NCBI GenBank assembly: GCA_046155505.1
Contig: JBJXFK010000129.1
Location: 1 to 55,842 of the forward strand
DNA length: 55,842 bases
From: Phycisphaerae bacterium
GTDB lineage: Bacteria > Planctomycetota > Phycisphaerae > UBA1845 > Fen-1342
Direction: 5' to 3'
Part shown: one piece after another, positions 18,715 to 28,748 of the stretch
Layout of the letters: the number at the start of each line of letters is the position of its first letter
Position numbering within the stretch: the stretch's first letter is position 1
Position numbers and translations under genes: made by a program
Notes under the pieces: generated by a model
What the model was told of the DNA's origin: nothing
Databases searched by the model: none
What the model saw: the letters and a program-made list of their open reading frames with translations, nothing else

Positions 18715-19665
18715 ATGGACGCGTTCGTCACCCATCATCTCAAAGGCGTCTCGCGCACCTATGCGCTGCTGATCCCCATGCTGCCGGCGGGGTTTAGCGA
18801 TGCAGTGGGACTCGCGTATTTGCTCATGCGCATTGTCGACACCATCGAAGACGCACCGACCTTGCCCGACGAGCTACGCCGAGCATGTCTGTGCGAGCTT
18901 GACGGCATCCTACTGCGCGGCGAGGCAGCGACTCCGGTGTCGCTGCCGACGCGGCTTGGCGAACTCGCCGCCGAACGCGAATTGATGACGCAGACGCCCG
19001 ATGTGCTGCGACGCGTCGCCGCGCTCGACCCGCAATACGCGGCGTCGGCACGCACTTGCGCCCGGCAGATGATCGCCGGCGTGCAGGAAATGATGGACCG
19101 CGCAGCTACGCGGAACATGCCCTACCCCGCGATTCAGGACGCCGCCGAAATGCGGCGATATTGCTATTTCGTCGCCGGAGTCGTCGGCGAAATGTTGTGC
19201 GAGATGATGGCCCACCTGCTGCGGCAACCCGGCTTGTTGAAGCTGCGCGAACTTGCCGTCGAACTCGGCATCGGGCTGCAACTGGTCAACATTCTGAAGG
19301 ACGCGCTGAAAGATTCGACGCATGGCCGCCGCTATCTGCCCTGCACGATCGAGGGACAGGTTTCGCCGCGCGAGGTCTATCGCCTGGCCCTCGCCGAAGC
19401 GCGAAACAGCCTGCAAGTCGGCACCGAATTTGTGCTCGCACTCCCGGCGACGGCGTGGCAGTTGCGCAGCTTTTGCGGCCTGCCGATCGCGTGGGGGGCG
19501 ATGACGCTCGCGCGGGCCGAACAAAACGAATCGGCGGCCAAGGTGGGGCGTGGTGCGATCATGGCGTCGATCGAACGCTTCACGGCGCTGGCGCGCGATG
19601 ATGACGGCCTGCGAAAGTGGCTCAGCAGCTTGATCACGCCACAGAGCTCACAGAGCATGGCATAG
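18715..19665 (+). CDS. squalene/phytoene synthase-family protein (HpnC/HpnD-like)
   Basis: First Asp-rich motif LLMRIVDTIEDAP, YCYFVAGVVGEM, GIGLQLVNILKDALKD (second motif degenerate). Confidence 0.65.
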   Translation: MDAFVTHHLKGVSRTYALLIPMLPAGFSDAVGLAYLLMRIVDTIEDAPTLPDELRRACLCELDGILLRGEAATPVSLPTRLGELAAERELMTQTPDVLRRVAALDPQYAASARTCARQMIAGVQEMMDRAATRNMPYPAIQDAAEMRRYCYFVAGVVGEMLCEMMAHLLRQPGLLKLRELAVELGIGLQLVNILKDALKDSTHGRRYLPCTIEGQVSPREVYRLALAEARNSLQVGTEFVLALPATAWQLRSFCGLPIAWGAMTLARAEQNESAAKVGRGAIMASIERFTALARDDDGLRKWLSSLITPQSSQSMA

Positions 19666-19726
19666 CAGCAGAGATCACCGAGAGCACAGAGAATTGCGGC
19701 GGAACCTGCCTTCGGTCTCCTTCGAT

Positions 19727-19800
19727 TACCTGATCCCTTGATCTCTCGATCCCTCGATCCCTTCCTTCTGTTCCCTGTTCCCCGTTCCCCCTCTTCACTC
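19727..19800. repeat. CT-rich octamer-repeat element, copy 2, upstream of gltX
   Basis: gatcccttgatctctcgatccctcgatcccttccttctgttccctgttccccgttcccc. Confidence 0.6.
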
Positions 19801-19918
19801 GGCCCCTTGGCCCCGCGACCCCTTGGCCCCTTCGCCTCCGCCATGCAATAATGCCCGGCTCGGCTCTAGCCGGCCGACACGGAGCTAGCCAATGTGCTCT
19901 GCCGCCGCCTTCGACACC

Positions 19919-21553
19919 ATGCGCTGCCGTTTCGCGCCGTCGCCCACCGGGTACCTGCACATCGGCGGGGCACGCACGGCGCTGTTCAACTACCTGCTCG
20001 CCAAACGCCTCGGCGGCAAATTCGTCATTCGCATCGAGGACACGGACCAGACGCGCAACATCGCCGGGGCCGAGGACAAGCTGCTCGATGACATGCGCTG
20101 GCTGGGCCTGCACTGGGACGAGGGTCCGCAGGTCGGCGGACCGCACGGGCCGTACTACCAGAGCGCCCGTATTGACGAATATCGCAGCATCGCCCGCAAA
20201 CTCATCGACGACGGCCACGCCTACTACGCGACCGAGACCGATGCCGAGCTGAACGCGCTGCGCGAAGCCGCGAAGCGCGAGAAACGTAACTTCCGATACC
20301 CGCGCCCGTCGCATTTTCCGTCAAACGCCGAGGCCGACGCCGCTCGCGCCGCGGGAAAGCCGGTGATCGTCCGGCTAAAGGTGCCGCATCAGCCGTTCAC
20401 GGTGCAGGATCAGATTCTCGGCGACGTGACCGTCGCCGCCGGCGAAGTCGATGATTTCGTGCTGCTCAAAAGCGACGGCTGGCCGACGTACCACTTCGCG
20501 GTGGTCGTCGACGACGAGCACATGCGCATCACGCACGTGCTGCGCGGGCAAGAACATCTGATGAACACGCCCAAGCATCTCGCGCTGCAGGCGGCGCTGG
20601 GCTATCACACGCCGACGTATGCGCATCTGCCGATCATCCTCAACATGGACGGCAGCAAGATGAGCAAACGCGAGAAGGACAAAGCCGTCCGCACGGCGGC
20701 GAAAGCGGCACTCGCCGCCGGCTCGTTCTCGCGCGACGCGGGCGTGTCGATCGTCGGCGGCGATGCGGCGAACTTCGACGGCTGGCTCGCCGAGGACACG
20801 CAGCTCGACAGCGATGGCCTCTCGCGGCTCGCGGCCGCCCTCGGCGTCAACCCGCCCGAGATTCAAATCCACGACTTTCGCGTCAGCGGCTACCTGCCCG
20901 AGGTGCTGACCAACTTCATCGCGCTACTCGGCTGGTCGCCTGGCGAAGATCGCGAGAAAATGACGCTCGAAGAGATGGCGGCGGCGTTCAGCCTCGAACG
21001 TATCGGCAAGACCAATGCGAAATTCGACCGCGCAAAGTTGCTGAATTTCAACACGACGGCGATCGCCGCCGCGCTGACCGAACGTCGCGTTGCGGCGATC
21101 CGCGACTTCATCAGCGTAAACCCGTCGTCGCTGCTCTCGACAGCCGACGAGGCGCTGCTCGCAAAACTCGTGACGATCAACGAAGGGGCGCGCGTGATGC
21201 GCGATGTCGAAGTCAAGTCGGCTTCGCTCTTCGTGGCCGACGACGCGATCCGCTTCGACGCGAAAGCGGTCAAAGACGTGCTGCACAAGGGTGAAGGGGC
21301 GGGTTTGAGAGTGCTGGCCGAGTTTCGCGCGACGCTCGCCACGCAGGACGACTGGTCGCCCGCCGCGCTCGACGCACTGCTTCGCGGCTACGCCGAGAAA
21401 ACCGGCCTGGGCCTGGGCAAGATCGCCCAGCCGCTGCGCGTCGCGGTGACGGGCACGACCGTCAGCCCGCCGATCTTCGACACGCTGGCCCTGCTAGGCA
21501 AAGACCGAACGCTGCGTCGAATTGACCGAGCGCAAACGGAATGCAACCCGTAG
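19919..21553 (+). CDS. gltX: glutamate--tRNA ligase
   Basis: RFAPSPTGYLHIGGARTALFNYLLAKRLGGKFVIRIEDTD (HIGH region), KMSKR motif, full length. Confidence 0.9.
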   Translation: MRCRFAPSPTGYLHIGGARTALFNYLLAKRLGGKFVIRIEDTDQTRNIAGAEDKLLDDMRWLGLHWDEGPQVGGPHGPYYQSARIDEYRSIARKLIDDGHAYYATETDAELNALREAAKREKRNFRYPRPSHFPSNAEADAARAAGKPVIVRLKVPHQPFTVQDQILGDVTVAAGEVDDFVLLKSDGWPTYHFAVVVDDEHMRITHVLRGQEHLMNTPKHLALQAALGYHTPTYAHLPIILNMDGSKMSKREKDKAVRTAAKAALAAGSFSRDAGVSIVGGDAANFDGWLAEDTQLDSDGLSRLAAALGVNPPEIQIHDFRVSGYLPEVLTNFIALLGWSPGEDREKMTLEEMAAAFSLERIGKTNAKFDRAKLLNFNTTAIAAALTERRVAAIRDFISVNPSSLLSTADEALLAKLVTINEGARVMRDVEVKSASLFVADDAIRFDAKAVKDVLHKGEGAGLRVLAEFRATLATQDDWSPAALDALLRGYAEKTGLGLGKIAQPLRVAVTGTTVSPPIFDTLALLGKDRTLRRIDRAQTECNP

Positions 21554-21575
21554 GGTTGGGCATCGCCCACCATTT
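21549..21575. repeat. REP-like palindromic element (reverse orientation), with a second small hairpin gtgcccaccctacgggcac at 21611..21629
   Basis: cgtagggttgggcatcgcccaccattt is the reverse complement of aaatggtgggcgatgcccaaccctacg. Confidence 0.6.
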
Positions 21576-21619
21576 CTCGCACCGACGATCAACCGTGCAA
21601 ATGGTAAGCAGTGCCCACC

Positions 21620-22669
21620 CTACGGGCACGGCGAGCCGAAGCTGCTGAGCAGAATCGCCAGATCGATCAGGTCGGTCGTGCAATTCCCATCAAGATCGCC
21701 AATCCCCACCTGCCCGAAGTTCGCCAGCAGCAGCGCCAGATCCGTAAGTTCAACGACGTTGTCCAGGTTGATATCCCCCGGACAATTCGTGATCGTCGTG
21801 AACCCCGAAACGCGGACCACGCGATTCCCGCCGCCAAACGTCGAGAACAGGAAGTCGCCGGTCACCGGGTCGATCGCCGCACCCTCGGCCCCGGCCAACC
21901 CGGTAATCATCACCCGCTGCGTCGCCACGATTGGATCGCCATTCGCGTCGGCTTCGTATGTGACGATGCGCCCGGTGCCCCATTCGGAAACAAGGATCGA
22001 GTCGTTCGCGAATCCGGGATTGCCGCCGGCAACATACACCGCGCCTTCCGGGCCGCCGCCGATGGTGATCATCGCACCATGAAGCGTAACGTCATACGTC
22101 CCGTTGCCGTCCGGCGCGACCGTCGCGTCGTGCCACGTACCGCCGTTGAATGAGACGAATTTCAGCCGACCGGCCCCCGAAAACCCATCAGGAACGAACA
22201 TCAGCGACCCGGTCGACGGCCAGACGCCGAGCGGCGTGAGGTCGATCAGACGATCCGGCCCGGTGCTGCCCGGCTTGATCTGCCCGACCTGATTGTTGGA
22301 ATAGGTCGTGTAGAAAAGCACACCGCCCGGTCCATATGTCAGCCCGCCGTCGATACCGCCGGCGGTTCCGTGCGCGTCGGCGAAAAACTGCCCGTCGCCG
22401 CAGACAAATCCCGTAATGAACCCGTCGATGTTCCGCGATACCCGCACGGCGTAGATGTCGGCAAACGGCGCATTCGCCGCCCCGCCGATCAACATGATGT
22501 TTGAATCGACCTGCGAGAACGTCAGCCCGCCGTAGTTCCCCGGCACCGCCGGCACCGAACCGAGATCGTCAATCACATAGTCTGCGGCAAAGACCGGATC
22601 GAGCGTCTGCGCGAAACCGCCCGCCGCAACGAACATCGCGAGGCCGCACGAAATCATCGACTTTAGCAT
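21620..22669 (-). CDS. secreted beta-propeller-like protein with C-terminal tandem dockerin-like repeats
   Basis: Start at internal Met (MLKSMISCGLAMFVAAGGFAQT signal peptide, SD ggaggg); C-terminal CPGDINLDNVVELTDLALLLANFG...DLDGNCTTDLIDLAILLSSFGSPCP. Confidence 0.55.
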   Translation of the reverse strand: MLKSMISCGLAMFVAAGGFAQTLDPVFAADYVIDDLGSVPAVPGNYGGLTFSQVDSNIMLIGGAANAPFADIYAVRVSRNIDGFITGFVCGDGQFFADAHGTAGGIDGGLTYGPGGVLFYTTYSNNQVGQIKPGSTGPDRLIDLTPLGVWPSTGSLMFVPDGFSGAGRLKFVSFNGGTWHDATVAPDGNGTYDVTLHGAMITIGGGPEGAVYVAGGNPGFANDSILVSEWGTGRIVTYEADANGDPIVATQRVMITGLAGAEGAAIDPVTGDFLFSTFGGGNRVVRVSGFTTITNCPGDINLDNVVELTDLALLLANFGQVGIGDLDGNCTTDLIDLAILLSSFGSPCP

Positions 22670-23125
22670 CGGCGTCCCTCCAACCAAGCGCCTTCCGTCA
22701 AGTGTGAACGGATTGCAAACGAAAATCAATGCAATCTGCACAAAAAACGAATCCGCGGATAGACTCATAACTCGTTTGTGATCAATGCGTTCCGACGAAC
22801 CGGGTGCCAGAATCCGCAGCGTGCCCCGGCTGCATCGCATGGCAAGCGCAACGATACTCGTGTCACTATTCGTAGTTAGTATACACGCCATACTGACCAT
22901 CGCCGGTCGCCCCAGCGTGTGGCCGCCGCGTTCGTCGTGCGCGGCGACACGTTTGTCGCTGTCGGCAACGATGCCGCGATGCTCGCGCTGCGCGGCCGCG
23001 CGACGCGCGAGATTGACGGCAGAACTCGGTACCTCGACAGCGAGCCTTGAGCTTCGATCACAGAGAGCCGTTCGACGTCGTGGGGCGAACCGGAGTGCGA
23101 CGCGCTACCGAGTGAGTCGCTCGGA

Positions 23126-23338
23126 TCACCGCCGCGGCTTTGAGTTGCGGGCGCGCTGCGCGGCCTCGATCAGCTTCATCGCCTCGTCGTCAAAGTTCTG
23201 CCCGCCGCACACCCAGCATTCATCCACCTCAACTTCGACACCTGATTTTCTCCCGGCTCTAATGACCGTCATGCACCGCGTAACGTGCTGTGAGCCGCAG
23301 TAAGCGCATCTAAGCAGAGACTCTTCTTCGGAGTACAC
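23126..23338 (-). CDS. YgiT/MqsA-N-terminal-type zinc-finger protein (antitoxin-like)
   Basis: CAYCGS...CWVCGGQNFDDEAMKLIEA, two CxxC pairs, 70 aa. Confidence 0.4.
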   Translation of the reverse strand: MYSEEESLLRCAYCGSQHVTRCMTVIRAGRKSGVEVEVDECWVCGGQNFDDEAMKLIEAAQRARNSKPRR

Positions 23339-23675
23339 AATTCAAGCATCCATGTCGCGCATCCGCGCGCAAGTTGACTTCCCCAGGGGCGGACGGGGCG
23401 AGCATCGAGCAATGCCTTCGGGACAAACGGAGTGTCAAGGCTCGTGCATCAACGCGGCACTTGACGGCCAACGTGCCACAGTGAGCGCTCGACCAATGCT
23501 CGTTGCTGGAGGCGATCTCAAACGCCAGTGAATCTTTCGCGCTGCCGAGAATAGCCTTGCTCAACATGATCCCGCACTCGTTCGTCCAGCGGTACTGACT
23601 CAATGAGTGTCCGACGAATTTGGCAACGACCAAAGTTCGCCACCATGTCATGTTCGCGCGAGCGGACTCAATCAT
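23310..23675 (-). CDS. hypothetical protein (no recognisable domain), in the small-gene island
   Basis: Internal Met of ORF 23310..23912(-); coding status uncertain. Confidence 0.2.
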   Translation of the reverse strand: MIESARANMTWWRTLVVAKFVGHSLSQYRWTNECGIMLSKAILGSAKDSLAFEIASSNEHWSSAHCGTLAVKCRVDARALTLRLSRRHCSMLAPSAPGEVNLRADARHGCLNCVLRRRVSA

Positions 23676-23754
23676 CAAGATCGGCACGCGCTCTTGTGCG
23701 TGACGCCGTAACGCCGAAGGAACAAGTCGCGCGAGCGAAAACACTGGCCGACAC

Positions 23755-23934
23755 TCACGCGCGTCGTCGTCGCACGCGCGGACTCCGATTCGCTCGACGA
23801 AACTCACTCGCTCGCTTCCGAACAAGTTCGACAAACGCAGCGATCGAACCGCCGGCCTCGCGCAATAGCGCTTCGCGAGCGGCGCGCACTTCCGCGACGA
23901 CCGGATCATCATGCGATGCGATGCGGCGTTTCAT
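23755..23934 (-). CDS. 59-aa protein with basic C-terminal tail (not in ORF track; under 60 aa), translationally coupled (ATGA) to the upstream PIN-like gene
   Basis: Own translation: MKRRIASHDDPVVAEVRAAREALLREAGGSIAAFVELVRKRASEFRRANRSPRVRRRRA; start codon overlaps the stop of 23931..24326. Confidence 0.35.
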   Translation of the reverse strand: MKRRIASHDDPVVAEVRAAREALLREAGGSIAAFVELVRKRASEFRRANRSPRVRRRRA

Positions 23935-24326
23935 ATATGAGCCTCCGGCATGAGTGAAAGCGGCGTCGTCAGAATCGGCACATGCAGCCCCAATCGCTGA
24001 TTCGCAACAGATATGTGGCGCATCTTGTTAGCATTCGCCAAGTGCTTACAGTTCCAAGTGAGCAAGTAATCGACCGAACAGAGCGAGGCGATCGCCAGAT
24101 GGTATGCATCGCCGGTCGCAGCCGCCGGCATCACCTTGTGATCGATGTAGTATCCGATCACATCGTCAAGTTCCGGCGGTTCGACAAGCAGCTTCACGGG
24201 CCGAAGGAGCGCGGCAGCCTCCTTGGCCTTCCTCGCTGGCGCGAATCCCAACTCGGCGAGTACTGCCTCTGACGTCGTAAGTTCATACGGATGTCGATAC
24301 AACTCCCACCAGCGTCGGGTCGCCAT
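23931..24326 (-). CDS. PIN-domain-like small protein (putative toxin-like nuclease)
   Basis: DAYHLAIASLCSVDYLLTWNCKHLANA resembles the C-terminal segment of PIN/VapC-like proteins; start at internal Met (codon 45). Confidence 0.4.
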   Translation of the reverse strand: MATRRWWELYRHPYELTTSEAVLAELGFAPARKAKEAAALLRPVKLLVEPPELDDVIGYYIDHKVMPAAATGDAYHLAIASLCSVDYLLTWNCKHLANANKMRHISVANQRLGLHVPILTTPLSLMPEAHI

Positions 24327-24408
24327 CTTCCACACGACCACTTCGGGTTGTTCTAGTCTCGAAGTAATAGCTGGGAATCGTCGTTTCGATGTACACCCGC
24401 GCCACCGC

Positions 24409-26205
24409 CTAATCCCCCGGATCGAGCACCGCCATGAACGCCTTCTGCGGAATGTCAACCCGCCCCACCGTCTTCATCCGCTTCTTGCCTTCCTTCTGCT
24501 TTTCCAGCAACTTGCGCTTGCGCGTCACGTCCCCGCCGTAGCACTTGGCAAGAACGTCTTTGCGCATCGCCTTGATCGTCTCGCGGGCGATGATTTTGCC
24601 GCCGATCGCGGCTTGCAGCGGAATCTCAAACATGTGCCGATCGATCTCCTCGCGCAGACGCGAGATCATCTTGCGGCCGCGACGATCGGCATTCGAGCGG
24701 TGAATGATCGTGGCGAGCGCATCGACCGGCACGCCGTTGACGAGGATGTCCATCTTGACCAGATCGCCTTCGCGGAAGCCGATCAGGTGATAATCCATCG
24801 TGCCATAGCCGCGCGTGATGCTCTTGAGCTTGTCGTAGAAGTCGTAAAGGATTTCGTTGAACGGAAACTCATATGTCATCATCACGCGCGTTTGCGACAG
24901 GTACTCGGTCTTCTTGTACGTGCCGCGCCGCCCCTCGGAAAGCTGCATGATCGCGCCGACCATGTCGGCCGGCGAGATGATCTGCATCTCGATGAACGGC
25001 TCGCGAATATCGGCGATCTTGGTCACGTCCGGTAAATCACCCGCCGACTCGACGTGCGTGATGGTGCCGTCGTTCATCTTCAATTCATACGTGCAACTCG
25101 GCGCGGTCTGCACCACGTCGATGCCGCTCTCGCGCTCCAGCCGCTCCTGAATGATGTCCATGTGCAGCAGGCCGAGAAAGCCGCAGCGGAAGCCGTAGCC
25201 CAGCGCCTCGCTATTCTGCGGCTCGAAGCTGAACGACGCGTCGTTGAGGCTCAACCGGTTCAGCGCATCGCGCAGCGCCTCATACGCCTCGCCGTTGGCC
25301 GGGAAAAAGTCGCAAAACACCATCTGCCGTGCCGGCTCGTATCCCGCGAGCGCCACGGTCGCCGGGTTCACCGCGTCGGTAATCGTGTCGCCGACGGTCA
25401 CGTCTTTCAACGTCTTGATCGCCGCGACAAGATAGCCGGTCTCGCCCGCGCTGAGCGAATCGCAGGGCGTCATCTTGGGGCGAAACTTGCCGATCTCGCC
25501 GACCACATAATGCCGCGCGCGGCCCATGAGCAGAATCTTTTGCCCCTTGCGGATCACGCCGTTGCGCACGCGGACGTAGCAAATGACGCCGCGATAGTCG
25601 TCATACTCGCTGTCGAAAATCAGGGCTTGCAGCGGCGCGTTCGCCTCACCAACCGGCGGCGGAATGATCTCGACAATGGCCTTCATCAGCTCCGTAATGC
25701 CGATGCCGCTTTTGGCGCTCACAAATTGCACATGTTCGGAGCTGATACCGAGCACATGCTCGACTTCGATCGCCGCGTCTTCGGGCATCGCGCCGGCCAA
25801 ATCGATCTTGTTCACGACCGGGATAATCGTCAGATCATTGCCGATCGCCGCATAAGCGTTGGCCACGGTCTGGGCCTGCACGCCTTGCGTCGCATCGACG
25901 ACCAGCAGAGCACCGTCGCACGCGGCGAGCGCCCGATCGACCTCATAGTGAAAATCGACGTGCCCCGGCGTGTCGATCAAATTGAACATGTACTTCACGC
26001 CGTCGATCACGACGTCCAGCGAGACCGCGCTGGCCTTGATCGTGATGCCGCGTTCGCGTTCGAGGTCCATCGAGTCGAGGAGCTGCTCCTTCATCTCGCG
26101 TTCGCTGACCGCGCCGGAAATCTGCATGAGCCGATCGGCCAACGTGCTCTTGCCGTGGTCGATGTGGGCGATGATCGAAAAATTGCGAATCTTGCTCTGG
26201 TCCAT
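24409..26205 (-). CDS. lepA: elongation factor 4 (ribosomal back-translocase LepA)
   Basis: IRNFSIIAHIDHGKSTLADRLMQISGAV... full-length LepA including C-terminal domain. Confidence 0.95.
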   Translation of the reverse strand: MDQSKIRNFSIIAHIDHGKSTLADRLMQISGAVSEREMKEQLLDSMDLERERGITIKASAVSLDVVIDGVKYMFNLIDTPGHVDFHYEVDRALAACDGALLVVDATQGVQAQTVANAYAAIGNDLTIIPVVNKIDLAGAMPEDAAIEVEHVLGISSEHVQFVSAKSGIGITELMKAIVEIIPPPVGEANAPLQALIFDSEYDDYRGVICYVRVRNGVIRKGQKILLMGRARHYVVGEIGKFRPKMTPCDSLSAGETGYLVAAIKTLKDVTVGDTITDAVNPATVALAGYEPARQMVFCDFFPANGEAYEALRDALNRLSLNDASFSFEPQNSEALGYGFRCGFLGLLHMDIIQERLERESGIDVVQTAPSCTYELKMNDGTITHVESAGDLPDVTKIADIREPFIEMQIISPADMVGAIMQLSEGRRGTYKKTEYLSQTRVMMTYEFPFNEILYDFYDKLKSITRGYGTMDYHLIGFREGDLVKMDILVNGVPVDALATIIHRSNADRRGRKMISRLREEIDRHMFEIPLQAAIGGKIIARETIKAMRKDVLAKCYGGDVTRKRKLLEKQKEGKKRMKTVGRVDIPQKAFMAVLDPGD

Positions 26206-26281
26206 GTCGGGCCGAGCTCCCCTTCAATTCGAGTACAAACTGCCGCAAACGCGTACTGATCAGTCCCGGCGACACTCGCGT

Positions 26282-26312
26282 GGGGAGCATCGGCCTCCGG
26301 CCGATGCTCCCC
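26282..26312. repeat. perfect GC-rich palindrome ggggagcatcggcc-tcc-ggccgatgctcccc (family with 44973..45035 and 50284..50346)
   Basis: 31-nt perfect hairpin in the lepA/pcm divergent intergenic region. Confidence 0.6.
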
Positions 26313-26474
26313 GTTGCGTCTTCGGCAACGAAGCACACGCTGCTCGGGATGCGTTTGCCCGCCCAACGCAGCGGCGACTGGCACCGCATTTGCCAAGCCC
26401 GGTAGTATAGCGGCTAACCGTCGCATTCGGCACGCTTTATGCAAAGTCAACCAAACCTCGCGCTGCCCGCCGAC

Positions 26475-27119
26475 ATGCGCCTCGCCGAGCGCGAGCGCAT
26501 GATCGCCGAGCAGATCATCCGCCGCGGCGTCCGCGACGAACGCGTTTTGTCGGCCATGCGGTCCGTGCCGCGCGAGCACTTCGTTCGGGCCGATCTCGCG
26601 GATCGCGCGTACGAAGACTCCGCCTTGCCGATCGAGTGTGCGCAGACCATCTCTCAGCCCTACATCGTCGCCCGCATGACCGAACTGCTCGCGCCGCAGC
26701 CGGGGTCGCGCTTGCTCGAAATTGGCAGCGGAAGCGGCTATCAGTCGGCGGTGCTTTCACAGCTCGTGTCGCGCGTCTACGCGATCGAATGGCACCTGCC
26801 GCTGGTCACGTTGGCGATCGCGCGACTCGAACAACTCGGTGTCGGCAATGTGACCCTCCGCTGCGGCGATGGCAGCGTCGGCTGGCCGGCATGCGCACCG
26901 TTTGACGGCATCCTCGTCGCCGCGGGCGGGCCCGAAGTGCCGAACGTGCTGCGCGAGCAACTCACGATCGGTGGTCGGCTGGTCATGCCCATCGGCCCGC
27001 TCGATCGACAAGTGCTCGTCCTCGTCGAACGCGTCGGCCCCGGCGACTTCCGACACACAAACATGCTCGATTGCCGCTTCGTGCGGTTGGTCGGTGAAGC
27101 GGGCTGGCCAAGCAACTGA
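26475..27119 (+). CDS. pcm: protein-L-isoaspartate O-methyltransferase
   Basis: VPREHFV, LLEIGSGSGYQSAVLSQL (SAM motif I), full length; start aligned to the E. coli Pcm N-terminus. Confidence 0.85.
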   Translation: MRLAERERMIAEQIIRRGVRDERVLSAMRSVPREHFVRADLADRAYEDSALPIECAQTISQPYIVARMTELLAPQPGSRLLEIGSGSGYQSAVLSQLVSRVYAIEWHLPLVTLAIARLEQLGVGNVTLRCGDGSVGWPACAPFDGILVAAGGPEVPNVLREQLTIGGRLVMPIGPLDRQVLVLVERVGPGDFRHTNMLDCRFVRLVGEAGWPSN

Positions 27120-27282
27120 CACGCCGTCGACCGCGTCGCATCGCGCCCGCGATCCGAACGCGACGCGCAAGCGGGACGCGTAGCGTGGGCAACGCCCACA
27201 ATTGTCGCATGAGTGCGACGACACCGGTAGTTGTCGGCCGCTGCATTCGAAATTTCGGTTCGGATTTTTAGCATCGCGCCGA

Positions 27283-27306
27283 TGGCGGGCGATGCCCACC
27301 CTACGC
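27283..27306. repeat. REP-like element (forward orientation)
   Basis: atggcgggcgatgcccaccctacg. Confidence 0.6.
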
Positions 27307-27399
27307 CGCGATCACCAATAATAAAGAGCCGGTCATCGATTGCTCGACGACCGGCTCATTGAATCAATCGGAAGGCCGATCAGTTCTTACCGCAATCGC

Positions 27400-28227
27400 T
27401 TAGCGACGACGGATCAGACCCGCGAGACCGCCGAGGGCCAGAAGGGCCATCGTGCTGGGCTCAGGAACCTGATAGATGTCGAAGCCGAAGCCAACGCCGT
27501 CCGAGTTCAGATTCGTGGTGCTGCGACCGCGAATCACGGCAAACAGCTGCGTATCGACCGGAGCCGGAGCGCCAGCGTTGACGACCTGCAGATTGCCGAA
27601 ATCGCCCGGGACTTCGAAAGTCAGGCGAGCGAGCGTCGCGCCAGCGCCGGTGGCGGCAGTGGCAGCGTCAAACCAAGCGAGGGGAATCTCGACGCCCGAC
27701 GGGTTCAGACCACGGAGACGGGTCGCCGTCGAGATGATCGGCGGATTGGCCGGGCAATCGAGCAGCGGATCAGCCGCCGGAACGCCAGGCGAAGCGAACG
27801 ACGGGTCAACGCTGAAGCGCGTGCCCGGAGCCGTGAAGAAAGTGTCCATCGAGCGCGAGTTGCTCGTCGTGGCACCGCCCGTCAGACCCGGCGAATTCAG
27901 GTTGTGGTTGTAGCAGATTTCATTCGGATCGCTAGCCGGGCTACCCGTCGAAATGCGCTGATCGCTCGCGTGCCAGATCGAACCGGCACCGACAACGTCC
28001 AGCGTCAACTCCGAACCTGTCCAGTCAGCGGCCAGGGTCGAAACGCGAACGTCATACGTCCAGTGCGAGGTCGCCGGCGAATTCACGCCAGCCACGCCGC
28101 GGGTGAAAGTAGCGGCATCCGGACCAGCGGTCGGATCTGCCGTGATCGCCAGCAGCGATGTCGATTGAGCGACGGCCACGCTAGCCGCGCAGAGAACCAG
28201 ACCCGATGCAAGGAACTTCTTGAGCAT
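27400..28227 (-). CDS. PEP-CTERM sorting-domain protein (paralog 1)
   Basis: Signal peptide MLKKFLASGLVLCAASVAVAQS; C-terminal VPEPSTMALLALGGLAGLIRRR; strong SD aggagagg. Confidence 0.7.
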   Translation of the reverse strand: MLKKFLASGLVLCAASVAVAQSTSLLAITADPTAGPDAATFTRGVAGVNSPATSHWTYDVRVSTLAADWTGSELTLDVVGAGSIWHASDQRISTGSPASDPNEICYNHNLNSPGLTGGATTSNSRSMDTFFTAPGTRFSVDPSFASPGVPAADPLLDCPANPPIISTATRLRGLNPSGVEIPLAWFDAATAATGAGATLARLTFEVPGDFGNLQVVNAGAPAPVDTQLFAVIRGRSTTNLNSDGVGFGFDIYQVPEPSTMALLALGGLAGLIRRR

Positions 28228-28686
28228 TTTCCTCTCCTCTGTACCTGTGATATGCGGTGAGGTGGGGTGATCGGCCCTCCCGACCCCCTCCTGAGCTCCA
28301 TGTACGAGGTGCATAATAGTCCCGGCATTCGGGGAAATCAAGCCGAACATGAAAAGTGCTGCTGAAATTCTGCGCACCACCGGCAGAAACGACTGTATCT
28401 ATCGTCGTATCAATGCGTTAGGAGATTGGCACGCAAGCCTCCGGGAGCGATTACGGGTGGCAAATTCAGGAATATTGTGGCGGCTTTGCATGCAAGAAAC
28501 GCGACCCTCGGTCGATTTGATGGACGGAACTTCGCCACTTGCGCACGTCGCGGAGGCGAAATACCGCACCGCAGCGCTGGTCTTTCGAGAAAAACCGGAA
28601 AGCGGACGGACTTTCAGGGATGTCGCCGGCTGCGACAAACTATTACAACCTACAACACGCGTGCGAACTGGGTTTTGGGTGACGCG

Positions 28687-28729
28687 GAGAATGTAAGGTC
28701 AAGAATGCAGAATGACGAATGCGGAAAGG
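28687..28729. repeat. heptamer tandem repeat (gaatgca-type)
   Basis: gagaatgtaaggtcaagaatgcagaatgacgaatgcggaaagg. Confidence 0.4.
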
Positions 28730-28748
28730 CCGCGAGCGAGGCATGCGT

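Noticed and set aside
23603-23953. 116-aa plus-strand ORF in the small-gene island
   Set aside because: Arg/Ser-rich low-complexity; overlaps better minus-strand candidates, including the 59-aa coupled ORF.
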